Shown here: positions 6,988-15,004 of the stretch, in pieces
Position numbering within the stretch: position 1 is the stretch's first letter
How the letters are laid out: every line of letters starts with the position of its first letter
NCBI RefSeq assembly: GCF_004376175.1
Contig: NZ_SNUY01000038.1
Span: 7,206-39,205 of the forward strand
Length of the DNA: 32,000 bases
Reading direction: 5' to 3'
DNA from: Halalkalibacterium halodurans
Lineage (GTDB): Bacteria > Bacillota > Bacilli > Bacillales > Bacillaceae_D
The notes under the pieces: model-generated
What the model was told of the DNA's origin: nothing
Database searches by the model: none
Seen by the model: only the letters and a program-made list of their open reading frames with translations
Program-made: the position numbers and the translations under genes

Positions 6988-7292
6988 AAAAAAAATCACC
7001 CTCATACGAATGAAGGTGATTACGTCATGTTTCCATTGTTCAAAAAACGAAAGCCTGATGCCAAGACGATCATAAGAAACGCACACTATAATCGTAAAGA
7101 TGCCCCTTTATCGGGCATAGCGATGGCAATGGCCACTGTTGTCCCCCATTCGTAGAGCTTTAGCACTGTATGGCATAGGACGTTGCCAGCTACATTAAAA
7201 ATCACCTTATGTCGATGATTTCTGTTGACCCATTGGCGTCTTTGGACGAGCAGCAGCATATCTCCATACAGGAGCCTCACCTAACGAAGACA
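6988..7292 (-). promoter_or_regulatory. M-box riboswitch, copy B: aptamer ~7141-7292 plus terminator 6988-7021
   Basis: A second near-identical M-box core. The terminator AAUCACCUUC...GAGGGUGAUU plus U8 lies ~110 nt downstream. Its 5' arm (CUUCAUUCG) is complementary to the aptamer 3' P1 strand (CGAAUGGGG), as expected for an antiterminator switch. Confidence 0.8.
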
Positions 7293-7316
7293 TTTATGAA
7301 ATTTTTTACAACTCAT

Positions 7317-7345
7317 AGACTACATGAAGATATTTTACCTGTCAA
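7317..7345 (-). promoter_or_regulatory. candidate sigma-A promoter for the M-box/mgtCE transcript
   Basis: TTGACA (7345-7340), 17 nt, TAGTCT (7322-7317). Good -35, poor -10. Confidence 0.35.
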
Positions 7346-7351
7346 TAGGCG

Positions 7352-7379
7352 AAAAGCCGGAGGATTGCATTCCTCCAGC
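7352..7379 (-). terminator. terminator of the DAACS transporter gene
   Basis: GCUGGAGGA-AUGCAA-UCCUCCGGC followed by UUUUCG on the minus strand. Confidence 0.6.
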
Positions 7380-7384
7380 TCTCT

Positions 7385-8527
7385 TTACCCTTTATTGGAT
7401 ATTTTATCGATAAACAAGGCGATCGCGCCATCTCCTGTCACATTGGTTGCTGTGCCAAAGCTATCTTGGGCCATATAAAGAGCAATCATTAAACCGATAG
7501 CTGCCTCACTAAAGCCGAGCATCGAGGCTAACACTCCCGTGGCGGCCATTACAGCTCCTCCAGGAACGCCTGGTGCTGCGATCATGATGACTCCTAGCAT
7601 TGCGATGACGGGGAGCATTGTGAAATAAGTTGGTGTCGCAAGCCCCTCCATCACCATCATGACTGCTAATGAGCAGCTGACGATCGTAATCGTACTCCCT
7701 GATAAATGAATCGTTGCACATAACGGGATCGAGAAGTTGGCAATATCTTCTTTGATCCCATTTTGTTTTGCTTGCCTTAATGTAACTGGAATCGTAGCCG
7801 CACTACTCATCGTACCTAAGCCGGTAAAATAAGCTGGGAGCATTGTTTTCAACAGAGCGAATGGATTTCGGCCAATATAGGAACCAGCCGCGACATATTG
7901 AATCGTAATCCAGACCCAATGGGTGAGAATCGCGACCACTAACACGACGCCAAATACTTGCAATGTGGCGAAGACGGTTCCTTCTGCCGCAATCCCTGCA
8001 AAAATACCAGCGATGTAAAAAGGCAATAACGGAATGATCGCTTTCACAATGATTAACTCAACAACTGCTTTTCCTTCATCAAAAAAACGGATCAAGGTAT
8101 CGCTTTTCAACATCGTCATACTTATACCGAAAGCAAATGCTAAAACTAATGCAGTCACTACACCCATGATCGGTGCAATTTCAAAATCAATAAAACTTGC
8201 CAGACTAGCCCCTTCCTCTGGAACGCCTCCATCTTTTGCGACATACGGCATGACAAATGAGGCCACAAAGAATGCTAACGTGCCCGCTAGTAGTGTAGAT
8301 ACATAAGCTGTTCCTACCGTAAGACCAACCATCTTCCCTGAACCATTTCCTAGCTTCGTCACCCCTGAAGCAATAAAAAACAAAATAATGAGCGGGATCA
8401 TAAAGCGAATAAACTGACCGAGAATCACCTCAACGGTTAAAAAGATCCGTGTGATCCAATCAACACCTAGGAGACCGACGATAATTCCGACAATGATTCC
8501 TGCAAGTAACTTGAGAATAAGCTTCAT
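7385..8527 (-). CDS. dicarboxylate/amino acid:cation symporter (DAACS) family transporter, SstT-like
   Basis: 380-aa polytopic protein with SSAATIPV, IPLCATIHLSGSTITI and MAQDSFGTATNVTGDG motifs typical of the family. RBS GAGGAGGGA. Confidence 0.8.
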   Translation of the reverse strand: MKLILKLLAGIIVGIIVGLLGVDWITRIFLTVEVILGQFIRFMIPLIILFFIASGVTKLGNGSGKMVGLTVGTAYVSTLLAGTLAFFVASFVMPYVAKDGGVPEEGASLASFIDFEIAPIMGVVTALVLAFAFGISMTMLKSDTLIRFFDEGKAVVELIIVKAIIPLLPFYIAGIFAGIAAEGTVFATLQVFGVVLVVAILTHWVWITIQYVAAGSYIGRNPFALLKTMLPAYFTGLGTMSSAATIPVTLRQAKQNGIKEDIANFSIPLCATIHLSGSTITIVSCSLAVMMVMEGLATPTYFTMLPVIAMLGVIMIAAPGVPGGAVMAATGVLASMLGFSEAAIGLMIALYMAQDSFGTATNVTGDGAIALFIDKISNKG

Positions 8528-8710
8528 GCTCCATTCCCTCCTCTATTGATTAAGCGAAAAACGTTTCTCTTCCCCTGTCCCTTACCATAGCGTAAGCTTT
8601 TCTGCCTCTCTCGATGAAAGGCTTTTCTATTTCTATATTTTCCACTTACCAAAAACATTCATATTGTTCTGACATCGGTAGAAGAAGGGAAGCAAATGTC
8701 CCCTTTCTTT

Positions 8711-9949
8711 TTACCGAACAAGCTTTTTAAATTTCCGTTTGCCCACTTGTACGATGAGGCCATCCTCTATTTCCACTTGTAACTGGACGTCTTCGATTTT
8801 TTCACCGTTAAGCTTCACTCCGCCATTTTGCACCATTCGCCGTGCTTCACCTTTTGATGGCAATAAATCGAGGGTCACAAGCAAGTCCACAATCCAAACA
8901 GAGGATTCGCCATCCCACTTCACTTCTGGAATGTCCGTTGGCAAATCTCGCTTTTGGAAGACCGTTTTAAAGTAATTTACGGCTTCTTCAGCTTCGTTTT
9001 CGCCATGATACATTCGAACAAGCGTAGCGCCAAGCTTCATTTTCGCATCGCGTGGATGGACACTTCCATCTTCTAGGCCTTTTGCGATCGCTTTTACTTC
9101 ATCCATTGATAAATCGGTCGCTAACTCATAGTATTTCACCATGAGCTCATCTGGAATCGACATGGCCTTTCCAAAAATCTCATTTGGCGCCTCATCAATA
9201 CCAATGTAATTGTTTAAGGATTTAGACATTTTTCGTTCTCCATCCAATCCTTCGATTAACGGCATCGTGATCGCAACTTGCTTATCGTTTCCATAAGCTT
9301 CTTGAAGCATGCGCCCCATCAGCAGGTTGAACTTTTGATCCGTTCCGCCTATTTCAATATCCGACTCTAACGCTACCGAGTCATACCCTTGCATGAGCGG
9401 GTAGAAAAACTCATGGATGGAAATAGGCTGACCTGACTTGTATCGCTTTTCAAAGTCATCCCGTTCAAGCATCCGAGCGACGGTCATTTGACTCGCAAGC
9501 TTAATGACATCTTCAAAGTTAAGCGCGCTTAACCATTTTGAATTATAATGTAACGTTGCTTTTTCCATATCTAAAATTTTTCCGTACTGCTCCACATACG
9601 TCCGAGCATTCGCTTTCACTTGCTCATCGGTTAGCTGCTTTCTCGTCTCAGATTTACCAGATGGATCCCCAATTCGCCCGGTAAAATCCCCGATCAACAT
9701 TTGCACCTCATGGCCAAGATCTTGGAATTGTCGCAGCTTATGAAGGACAACCGTATGACCGATATGAACATCAGGGGCTGACGGGTCCATCCCTAGCTTT
9801 ACTTTTAACGGCTTACCTGTCCGAACCGACTTTTCAATTTTTTCTCGTAAAGCTTCTTCAGGGACAATTTCCACTACCCCACGCTTTAGAATTTCAAGCT
9901 GTCGCTCCACCTCTTGGGTTTGCTCTGGCGTTAACGCTTTTTCCTCCAC
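8711..9949 (-). CDS. tyrS: tyrosine--tRNA ligase
   Basis: HIGH (DVHIGHTV) and KMSKS motifs, a C-terminal S4 domain, a GTG start after AGGAGGA, and a Tyr T-box upstream. Confidence 0.95.
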   Translation of the reverse strand: MEEKALTPEQTQEVERQLEILKRGVVEIVPEEALREKIEKSVRTGKPLKVKLGMDPSAPDVHIGHTVVLHKLRQFQDLGHEVQMLIGDFTGRIGDPSGKSETRKQLTDEQVKANARTYVEQYGKILDMEKATLHYNSKWLSALNFEDVIKLASQMTVARMLERDDFEKRYKSGQPISIHEFFYPLMQGYDSVALESDIEIGGTDQKFNLLMGRMLQEAYGNDKQVAITMPLIEGLDGERKMSKSLNNYIGIDEAPNEIFGKAMSIPDELMVKYYELATDLSMDEVKAIAKGLEDGSVHPRDAKMKLGATLVRMYHGENEAEEAVNYFKTVFQKRDLPTDIPEVKWDGESSVWIVDLLVTLDLLPSKGEARRMVQNGGVKLNGEKIEDVQLQVEIEDGLIVQVGKRKFKKLVR

Positions 9950-9993
9950 GGTACATTCCTCCTGTATTGAATGTTAGATCGTTTATAAAAAAA

Positions 9994-10237
9994 TAAAAAA
10001 ACCCCTCCCACATAAGGGACGAGCTTACTCGCGGTACCACCCTTTTTGGAGAAATAGTAGCATTTCTCCCAACTCCAACATGATAACGGCATGCCCCGTT
10101 TCTTCACCAAAATAGCAAAGAAAAAGCTCCAAGCTGTACTTCACGAGTCGCCTTTGTACTGATTTGCACCAACCACCAGCTCTCTTTTTACAGGGAGACG
10201 TTCGCTACTGTCACTCTTCAACGCTCAATATTGATTC
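9994..10237 (-). promoter_or_regulatory. T-box leader, tyrosine specifier (UAC)
   Basis: The minus strand has the T-box sequence AAAGGGUGGUACCGCGAG (about 10030-10047), then a terminator stem plus a U7 run (9994-10024). It also has an AGAGA/GA-motif region and GAAG-UAC-A in the specifier position (UAC = complement of 10136-10138). Candidate promoter TTGACT (10272-10267)-17-TAAAAA. Confidence 0.85.
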
Positions 10238-10323
10238 CATTCGTTTTTATCATACTGCCTCATAAAAGTCAAGAATCGCCTTTAGACAAGCTTTACGAAA
10301 TCATATCGACATTCGACAGTTTG

Positions 10324-10332
10324 TGCTATAAT
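10324..10332 (+). promoter_or_regulatory. extended -10 element (TGcTATAAT) upstream of the PBP gene
   Basis: TGCTATAAT lies 45 nt before the ATG at 10378. No good -35 at 17-nt spacing. Confidence 0.4.
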
Positions 10333-10377
10333 GACTCATGATATTATCCCTTCTTCGTTCACAAAAGGAGGCTGAAC

Positions 10378-13317
10378 ATGAAGAACGCCCTTTCGCAAAT
10401 CCGTTCTCGCATTCAAACGATTATTACCATATTGCGAGAGAAGAAGATCTTTCGAGGGATTGGCGTAACCTATTTAGTTGCTTGGAACTTAACCCTTGTC
10501 TTTCTCGTTGGCGCCCTTGTCCTTTTCGTGTTTATCGGAAGTGCAGGCGCTGGCTATTTTGCTTCTCTCGTCCGGGATGAGCCTCTCCGCTCGGCAGATG
10601 AGATGAGGCAGGATATTTTTGATTATGAAGAAACGAGTCAAGTGTTCTTTGCAAACAATGTCTATCTCGGGGAACTTCCCGCAGAAGTAGAACGCCATTA
10701 CGTTGCCCTCGACGACATCTCAGAACATCTCATACACGCGATTATCGCCACCGAGGATGAATACTTCTACGAGCATGATGGCATCGTTCCAAAAGCCATC
10801 CTACGCGCAACCTATCAAGAATTTGCTGGCTCTTCTGTCCAAACGGGAGGAAGCACGCTTACTCAACAGTTGATCAAAAACCAAATTCTAACGAGTGACG
10901 TTTCTTTTGACCGAAAAGCGACTGAAATTCTTCTCGCCATGCGCCTTGAACATTTTCTCGAAAAAGAAGAAATTCTTGAAGCTTACTTAAATGTTGTACC
11001 ATTTGGACGGAACGCCTCAGGCAGGCAGGTCGCAGGTGCTCAAGCAGCGGCAAAAGGCATTTTCGGCGTTGACGCCAAAGATTTAAACCTGCCGCAAGCT
11101 GCTTTTATTGCTGGTCTTCCGCAAAGCCCATTCGGCTATACACCGTTTACGAGCACAGGGGAAGTAAAGGAAGATCTAGAGCCTGGACTTAGACGGATGA
11201 AAACCGTTTTAAACCGTCTTTACACCAATGGATACATTACAGAAAGTGAGCTAGAGGAAGCGCTAGACTATGACATACGTGAAAACTTAACAAACCGTAA
11301 AAAATCGCCTATTGAAAAGTATCCATACTTAACCTATGAAGTGATGAAACGTGGAGAAGAAGTCCTCTACAACTTAAAATTAAAAGAGCTTGACGTTGAT
11401 TTAGATGAGTTAGAGGAAGAAGAACGGCAATCACTTTTAAACAATCTTAGAGAAGAAGCGAAACATGAATTACGCCATAATGGCTACCGCATTCATACGA
11501 CCATTGACAAAAACATTTATGAAGCGATGAATAATGCAGTCAAGGACGACTCCCTTTTCGGACCGACGATTGCAGGGGAACAAGAACAAGTCGGTGCTCT
11601 CTTACTGGAAAATTCGACAGGGGCGATCAAAGGGTTCGTTGCTGGTCGCGATGAAGGAAGTGCAGAAGACCAATACAACCACGCGACGCAAGCGTATCGT
11701 CCAAACGGATCAACGATGAAGCCGCTTTTAGCTTACGGTCCAGCGATGGAGATTGGTGCCGCTCAACCAGGTTTCGTCATTCCTGATACACCTGCAACGT
11801 ATCCAGGCACTTCAACACCTATTAACAACTTTGATCGTACGCATATGGGACTCATCTCTGTTCGTGAATCGCTTGCCCGCTCTCGTAACGTTCCTGCCGT
11901 GCGTGCCTTTTTACAGGTGCCACATGAACAATCACGGGAAACGATGCGTAAGCTTGGTTTTCAGCTAAACGACGGAGAACCGTACCCTGCAGCAGCGTTA
12001 GGAGCAACCGATCACAACGTCACAGTAGAGCAAAACACGAACGCATTTGCTACGTTTGCAAACGGTGGTCAATACGTCGAATCCTATATGATCGAAAAAA
12101 TTGAAACAGCAGACGGAACCGTAATTTATGAGCATAAATCAAAGTCAGTTGACGTGTTCACCCCACAGACATCGTACTTAATGATCGATATGATGCGCGA
12201 CGTGCTCCGCGGTGTCGGAACAGCGAATTCTTTACCAGGACGAATGAAATTTTCTGCCGATTGGGCAGGAAAAACAGGAACATCAAGTGAGGTTAAGGAT
12301 TCTTGGTTCGTTGGACTAAATCCGAACGTCACCTTGGGCGTATGGATCGGTTATGATACACCGAAAACGATTCAAAGCCCATGGAATGGCTTACGCTACG
12401 GGCCGCGTACGCAACAAATTTGGGCGCGAATTGCCAATGCTGCTTATGATGAAAATCCTGAGCTGATGGCACCGAATCAGTCGTTCGAAATGCCTGAAGG
12501 AATCGTCCGTCGATCCGTTTGTAGCATCACAGGAACCGCACCATCAAAAGCGTGTGAGCAAGCAGGGCTTGTGACATCCGATTTGTTCAACGCAAAGTTC
12601 TTGCCGAAATCTGGAGATGATGGTTTAGAATCTGCTCGTTACGTCACGATTAATGGAAAAAACTATTTAGCTCTTGATTCTACGCCACAAGAGTTCACAG
12701 AAGCTGGGCTACGGCTATCATCAGGGGCTTGGAACATGGACAACATAGGTAAATATTTGCCAGATAACCTAAAAGGATTAATTCCTGACAAAAAAGCACC
12801 GAATAACGGAAAAACGCCTGGTCCTGTCTCAAATATCCGCTTAAACGGCACGACGCTTCAATGGGATAAACATACAGCAGGTGACATTGTCGGGTATCGA
12901 ATCTATCGAGTGAATGGTGGCTCGACAGAACGGGTTGGCTCTGTTAAAGGAAACGAAACGACATCTTATAACGTCAGCAACGGTAACCATTCTTATTATG
13001 TAACAGCCGTTGATTCGGTTGGTCGTGAATCTAGCCGCTCCTCAGCCGTTGATTCGGTTGGTCGTGAATCTAGCCGCTCCTCAGCCGTTCAAGGAAAAAC
13101 TGCGAGCGTCTCATCAAAGAGTAGCCAGACATCCTCAGATGAAAAGAAAGAGGAGAAGAAAAAAGAAGAGAAGAAGGAAGAAAAGAAAGAGGAAAAGAAA
13201 GACGATAAGAAGAAGCAGGAGAACGAGCAAAACAACAAACGCGAAGACGATAAACCAGATGACGACGGAGGATCCGACGATGGGGATGATGATTCTTCTT
13301 CTGACGATGACCGTTAG
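10378..13317 (+). CDS. class A (bifunctional GT51 transglycosylase/transpeptidase) penicillin-binding protein with C-terminal FN3-like domain and low-complexity tail
   Basis: N-terminal TM. GT51 motifs EDEYFYEHDG, GGSTLTQQL and RKATEILLAMRLE. Transpeptidase motifs STMK, SRN and KTGT. FN3-like LQWDKHTAGDIVGYRIYRV...YYVTAVDSVGRES. RBS AAGGAGG. Confidence 0.9.
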   Translation: MKNALSQIRSRIQTIITILREKKIFRGIGVTYLVAWNLTLVFLVGALVLFVFIGSAGAGYFASLVRDEPLRSADEMRQDIFDYEETSQVFFANNVYLGELPAEVERHYVALDDISEHLIHAIIATEDEYFYEHDGIVPKAILRATYQEFAGSSVQTGGSTLTQQLIKNQILTSDVSFDRKATEILLAMRLEHFLEKEEILEAYLNVVPFGRNASGRQVAGAQAAAKGIFGVDAKDLNLPQAAFIAGLPQSPFGYTPFTSTGEVKEDLEPGLRRMKTVLNRLYTNGYITESELEEALDYDIRENLTNRKKSPIEKYPYLTYEVMKRGEEVLYNLKLKELDVDLDELEEEERQSLLNNLREEAKHELRHNGYRIHTTIDKNIYEAMNNAVKDDSLFGPTIAGEQEQVGALLLENSTGAIKGFVAGRDEGSAEDQYNHATQAYRPNGSTMKPLLAYGPAMEIGAAQPGFVIPDTPATYPGTSTPINNFDRTHMGLISVRESLARSRNVPAVRAFLQVPHEQSRETMRKLGFQLNDGEPYPAAALGATDHNVTVEQNTNAFATFANGGQYVESYMIEKIETADGTVIYEHKSKSVDVFTPQTSYLMIDMMRDVLRGVGTANSLPGRMKFSADWAGKTGTSSEVKDSWFVGLNPNVTLGVWIGYDTPKTIQSPWNGLRYGPRTQQIWARIANAAYDENPELMAPNQSFEMPEGIVRRSVCSITGTAPSKACEQAGLVTSDLFNAKFLPKSGDDGLESARYVTINGKNYLALDSTPQEFTEAGLRLSSGAWNMDNIGKYLPDNLKGLIPDKKAPNNGKTPGPVSNIRLNGTTLQWDKHTAGDIVGYRIYRVNGGSTERVGSVKGNETTSYNVSNGNHSYYVTAVDSVGRESSRSSAVDSVGRESSRSSAVQGKTASVSSKSSQTSSDEKKEEKKKEEKKEEKKEEKKDDKKKQENEQNNKREDDKPDDDGGSDDGDDDSSSDDDR
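13006..13083 (+). repeat. perfect 39-bp tandem direct repeat (2 copies plus 6 nt of a third), in frame within the PBP gene
   Basis: GCCGTTGATTCGGTTGGTCGTGAATCTAGCCGCTCCTCA occurs at 13006-13044 and again at 13045-13083, encoding AVDSVGRESSRSS twice. Confidence 0.95.
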
Positions 13318-13346
13318 GAATACGATAGGGACCCTTAATTAATATG

Positions 13347-13398
13347 ATACCTATAGATAGGACACTTGAAAAAGAGTGTTCATCTATAGGTATTTTTA
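13347..13398 (+). terminator. terminator of the PBP gene
   Basis: 12-bp stem ATACCTATAGAT / ATCTATAGGTAT with an inner ACACT/AGTGT stem, followed by TTTTT. Confidence 0.75.
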
Positions 13399-13677
13399 TA
13401 CACTTACATTTAGAGGGGCATGGGTAGAAGATCATTTTCAACGCGGTCTCTTAGGCGTAAACCTAACCTTTAGAATGCATTTTCCCCTTTTTCCTAGAGC
13501 CTGTGACAAAGTTAAAAATCAACCTTTTTCAGACTCTTTTTCTCCATAGGATGCTTTTTACGGTTTTGCTAGAATCATCTGTCTGTTATAAAACGCTCAC
13601 TCACTTCTAAAAGACATATCTCCTTTACAAGAGGCCGCTTTATCCAATAATCTATTTCACGATTATCATCTCTATCT

Positions 13678-14543
13678 TCAAAACTTGCCTTGAATCCTTT
13701 TGCACGACCCTCTATTGATTAAAGTCGCATTTATTTTTTCTACAATACCAAGCTGTTCTTTTCCTTCTATCGATTTAATTAAAAGTGTTGTTGCTCTCTT
13801 TGCTATGTCTACAAATGAAATATCTATCGTTGTCAAAAGAGGGGATAAATATGAGGCAAAAAACGAATTATCAAAACCTACAATCGAAATGTCCTCTGGA
13901 ATATTCAATCCTAACTCTGCAATGGCTTTGTAAGCTCCAATAGCCATTGTGTCGTTACTGATAAAATGGCCGTGGGCTTATTTGACCCATTGAGTATAGA
14001 CTTTATCCCTTCGTACCCGCTATCCTCAGTGAAATCTCCTTGAAAAATGTGGTCTTCACTAAGCTTTAATCCATGATAACTTAATGTCTCTTTAAATCCA
14101 TCTAGTCTTTCTTTAGCAGATACTTTATTTAGATTCCCTGTTATAATCCCAATTTTTTTATGTCCGAGTTCAACTAAATGATTGACTGCTTTCGCACTAC
14201 CCTCATAGTTATCTGGATTAATATAAATAGCATTATGTTCTTTACTATATACTTCGCTTGTATCAATCATGGCTATCTTATATCCTTGTTTAATGAGCTT
14301 AAAAATAAACTCATTTTCATCTTCTTGTGTTCCAACAAAAATGGCACCTTCAATCATTTTTTGATTGAAAATACTCTCGACCTTCTTTAAGTCCTCTTTC
14401 GAATAAACAATCGATATGATGACATAATAATCTAATTTGTTGGCTTGATCACTTACTGCATTAATAACGGGAGCAAAAAAGGGGTTGTTGTAGATTAATG
14501 TATCGTCAGTCGTTTTGAGATGATGTGTGCCATCGTTCTTCAC
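13678..14543 (-). pseudogene. LacI-family regulator remnant: no HTH domain, 1-nt frameshift
   Basis: ORFs 13911-14543 and 13678-13947 are consecutive parts of one LacI ligand-binding domain (..NPFFAPVINAV.., ..KKIGIITG.., then NDTMAIGAYKAIAELGLNIPEDISIVGFDN..LTTI). The frames join if one T is added to the T4 run (complement of 13963-13966). Only ~45 nt (MVKSKYLVFISVFSL*) lies where the ~60-aa HTH should be. Confidence 0.7.
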
Positions 14544-14704
14544 AAAGAAAAAACAGAAATGAAAACTAAATATTTACTTTTTACCATCTTCCATCCTCCT
14601 TATAGGGATCATTTTGTTACTATCCGTTAACTAACGCGTGTTAGTAAACAGCGAAAAATTTGTTGTTACTTTTTCGGTAACAACTTTAAAAAATTCGGAA
14701 TTTT

Positions 14705-14718
14705 CGAAAGCGCTTTCA
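14705..14718. promoter_or_regulatory. cre-like / LacI-type operator palindrome
   Basis: cGAAAGCGCTTTCa has a perfect 12-bp palindromic core and matches TGAAAGCGCTTTCA at 13/14 positions. It lies ~160 nt upstream of the LacI pseudogene. Confidence 0.3.
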
Positions 14719-14960
14719 ATCCTATTATAAATGAATCTTAAATAAATTCAATCTTTTTCACTACTTTTTCTATTAACTGCAAAAAGTCAGGTTATCATAC
14801 AGCGCGTAGAAAAAATATTATTTTCCGAGGGTAAAATCCCCCAAAATCAACTGAAATAGCTAAATATCGGAGAATTCGATTTATGCTACTTTTTGTAACG
14901 ATTCTTTTCTCAATAAACAATTTTGCCTCATTCACTACCTCAACATTTGATTAAGTGCTA

Positions 14961-14996
14961 AAATAAAGCCCCTACAGGATTGGTTCCATAGGGGCT
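14961..14996 (-). terminator. terminator of acsA
   Basis: AGCCCCTA (14967-14974) / TAGGGGCT (14989-14996), followed on the minus strand by UUAUUUU. Confidence 0.7.
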
Positions 14997-15004
14997 GGAT
15001 GCTT

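Noticed and set aside
7086-7478. Track ORFs 7086-7280 (-) and 7209-7478 (+)
   Set aside because: They lie on the M-box copy B aptamer and on the 3' end of the transporter gene. The region is better explained as structured RNA.
8528-8710. ~180-nt leader upstream of the DAACS transporter, checked for a T-box or riboswitch
   Set aside because: No T-box sequence, no conserved riboswitch core and no convincing terminator/antiterminator pair were seen. The tyrS terminator candidate here is an imperfect stem.
13010-13441. ORFs 13010-13342 (+, poly-K/R) and 13070-13441 (-)
   Set aside because: These are alternative-frame or antisense readings of the GAA/AAG-rich PBP tail, open only because of the repetitive purine-rich composition.
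13441-13677. Short open frame (..DRDDNREIDYWIKRPLVKEICLLEVSERFITDR*) and other fragments downstream of the LacI remnant
   Set aside because: The frames are broken by stops and no family is recognisable by eye. Treated as decayed sequence within the islet.
14630-14645. ACTAAC-GCGT-GTTAGT inverted repeat upstream of the LacI remnant
   Set aside because: The arms are only 6 bp, the centre is asymmetric, and it lies in decayed DNA. Insufficient to call an operator.
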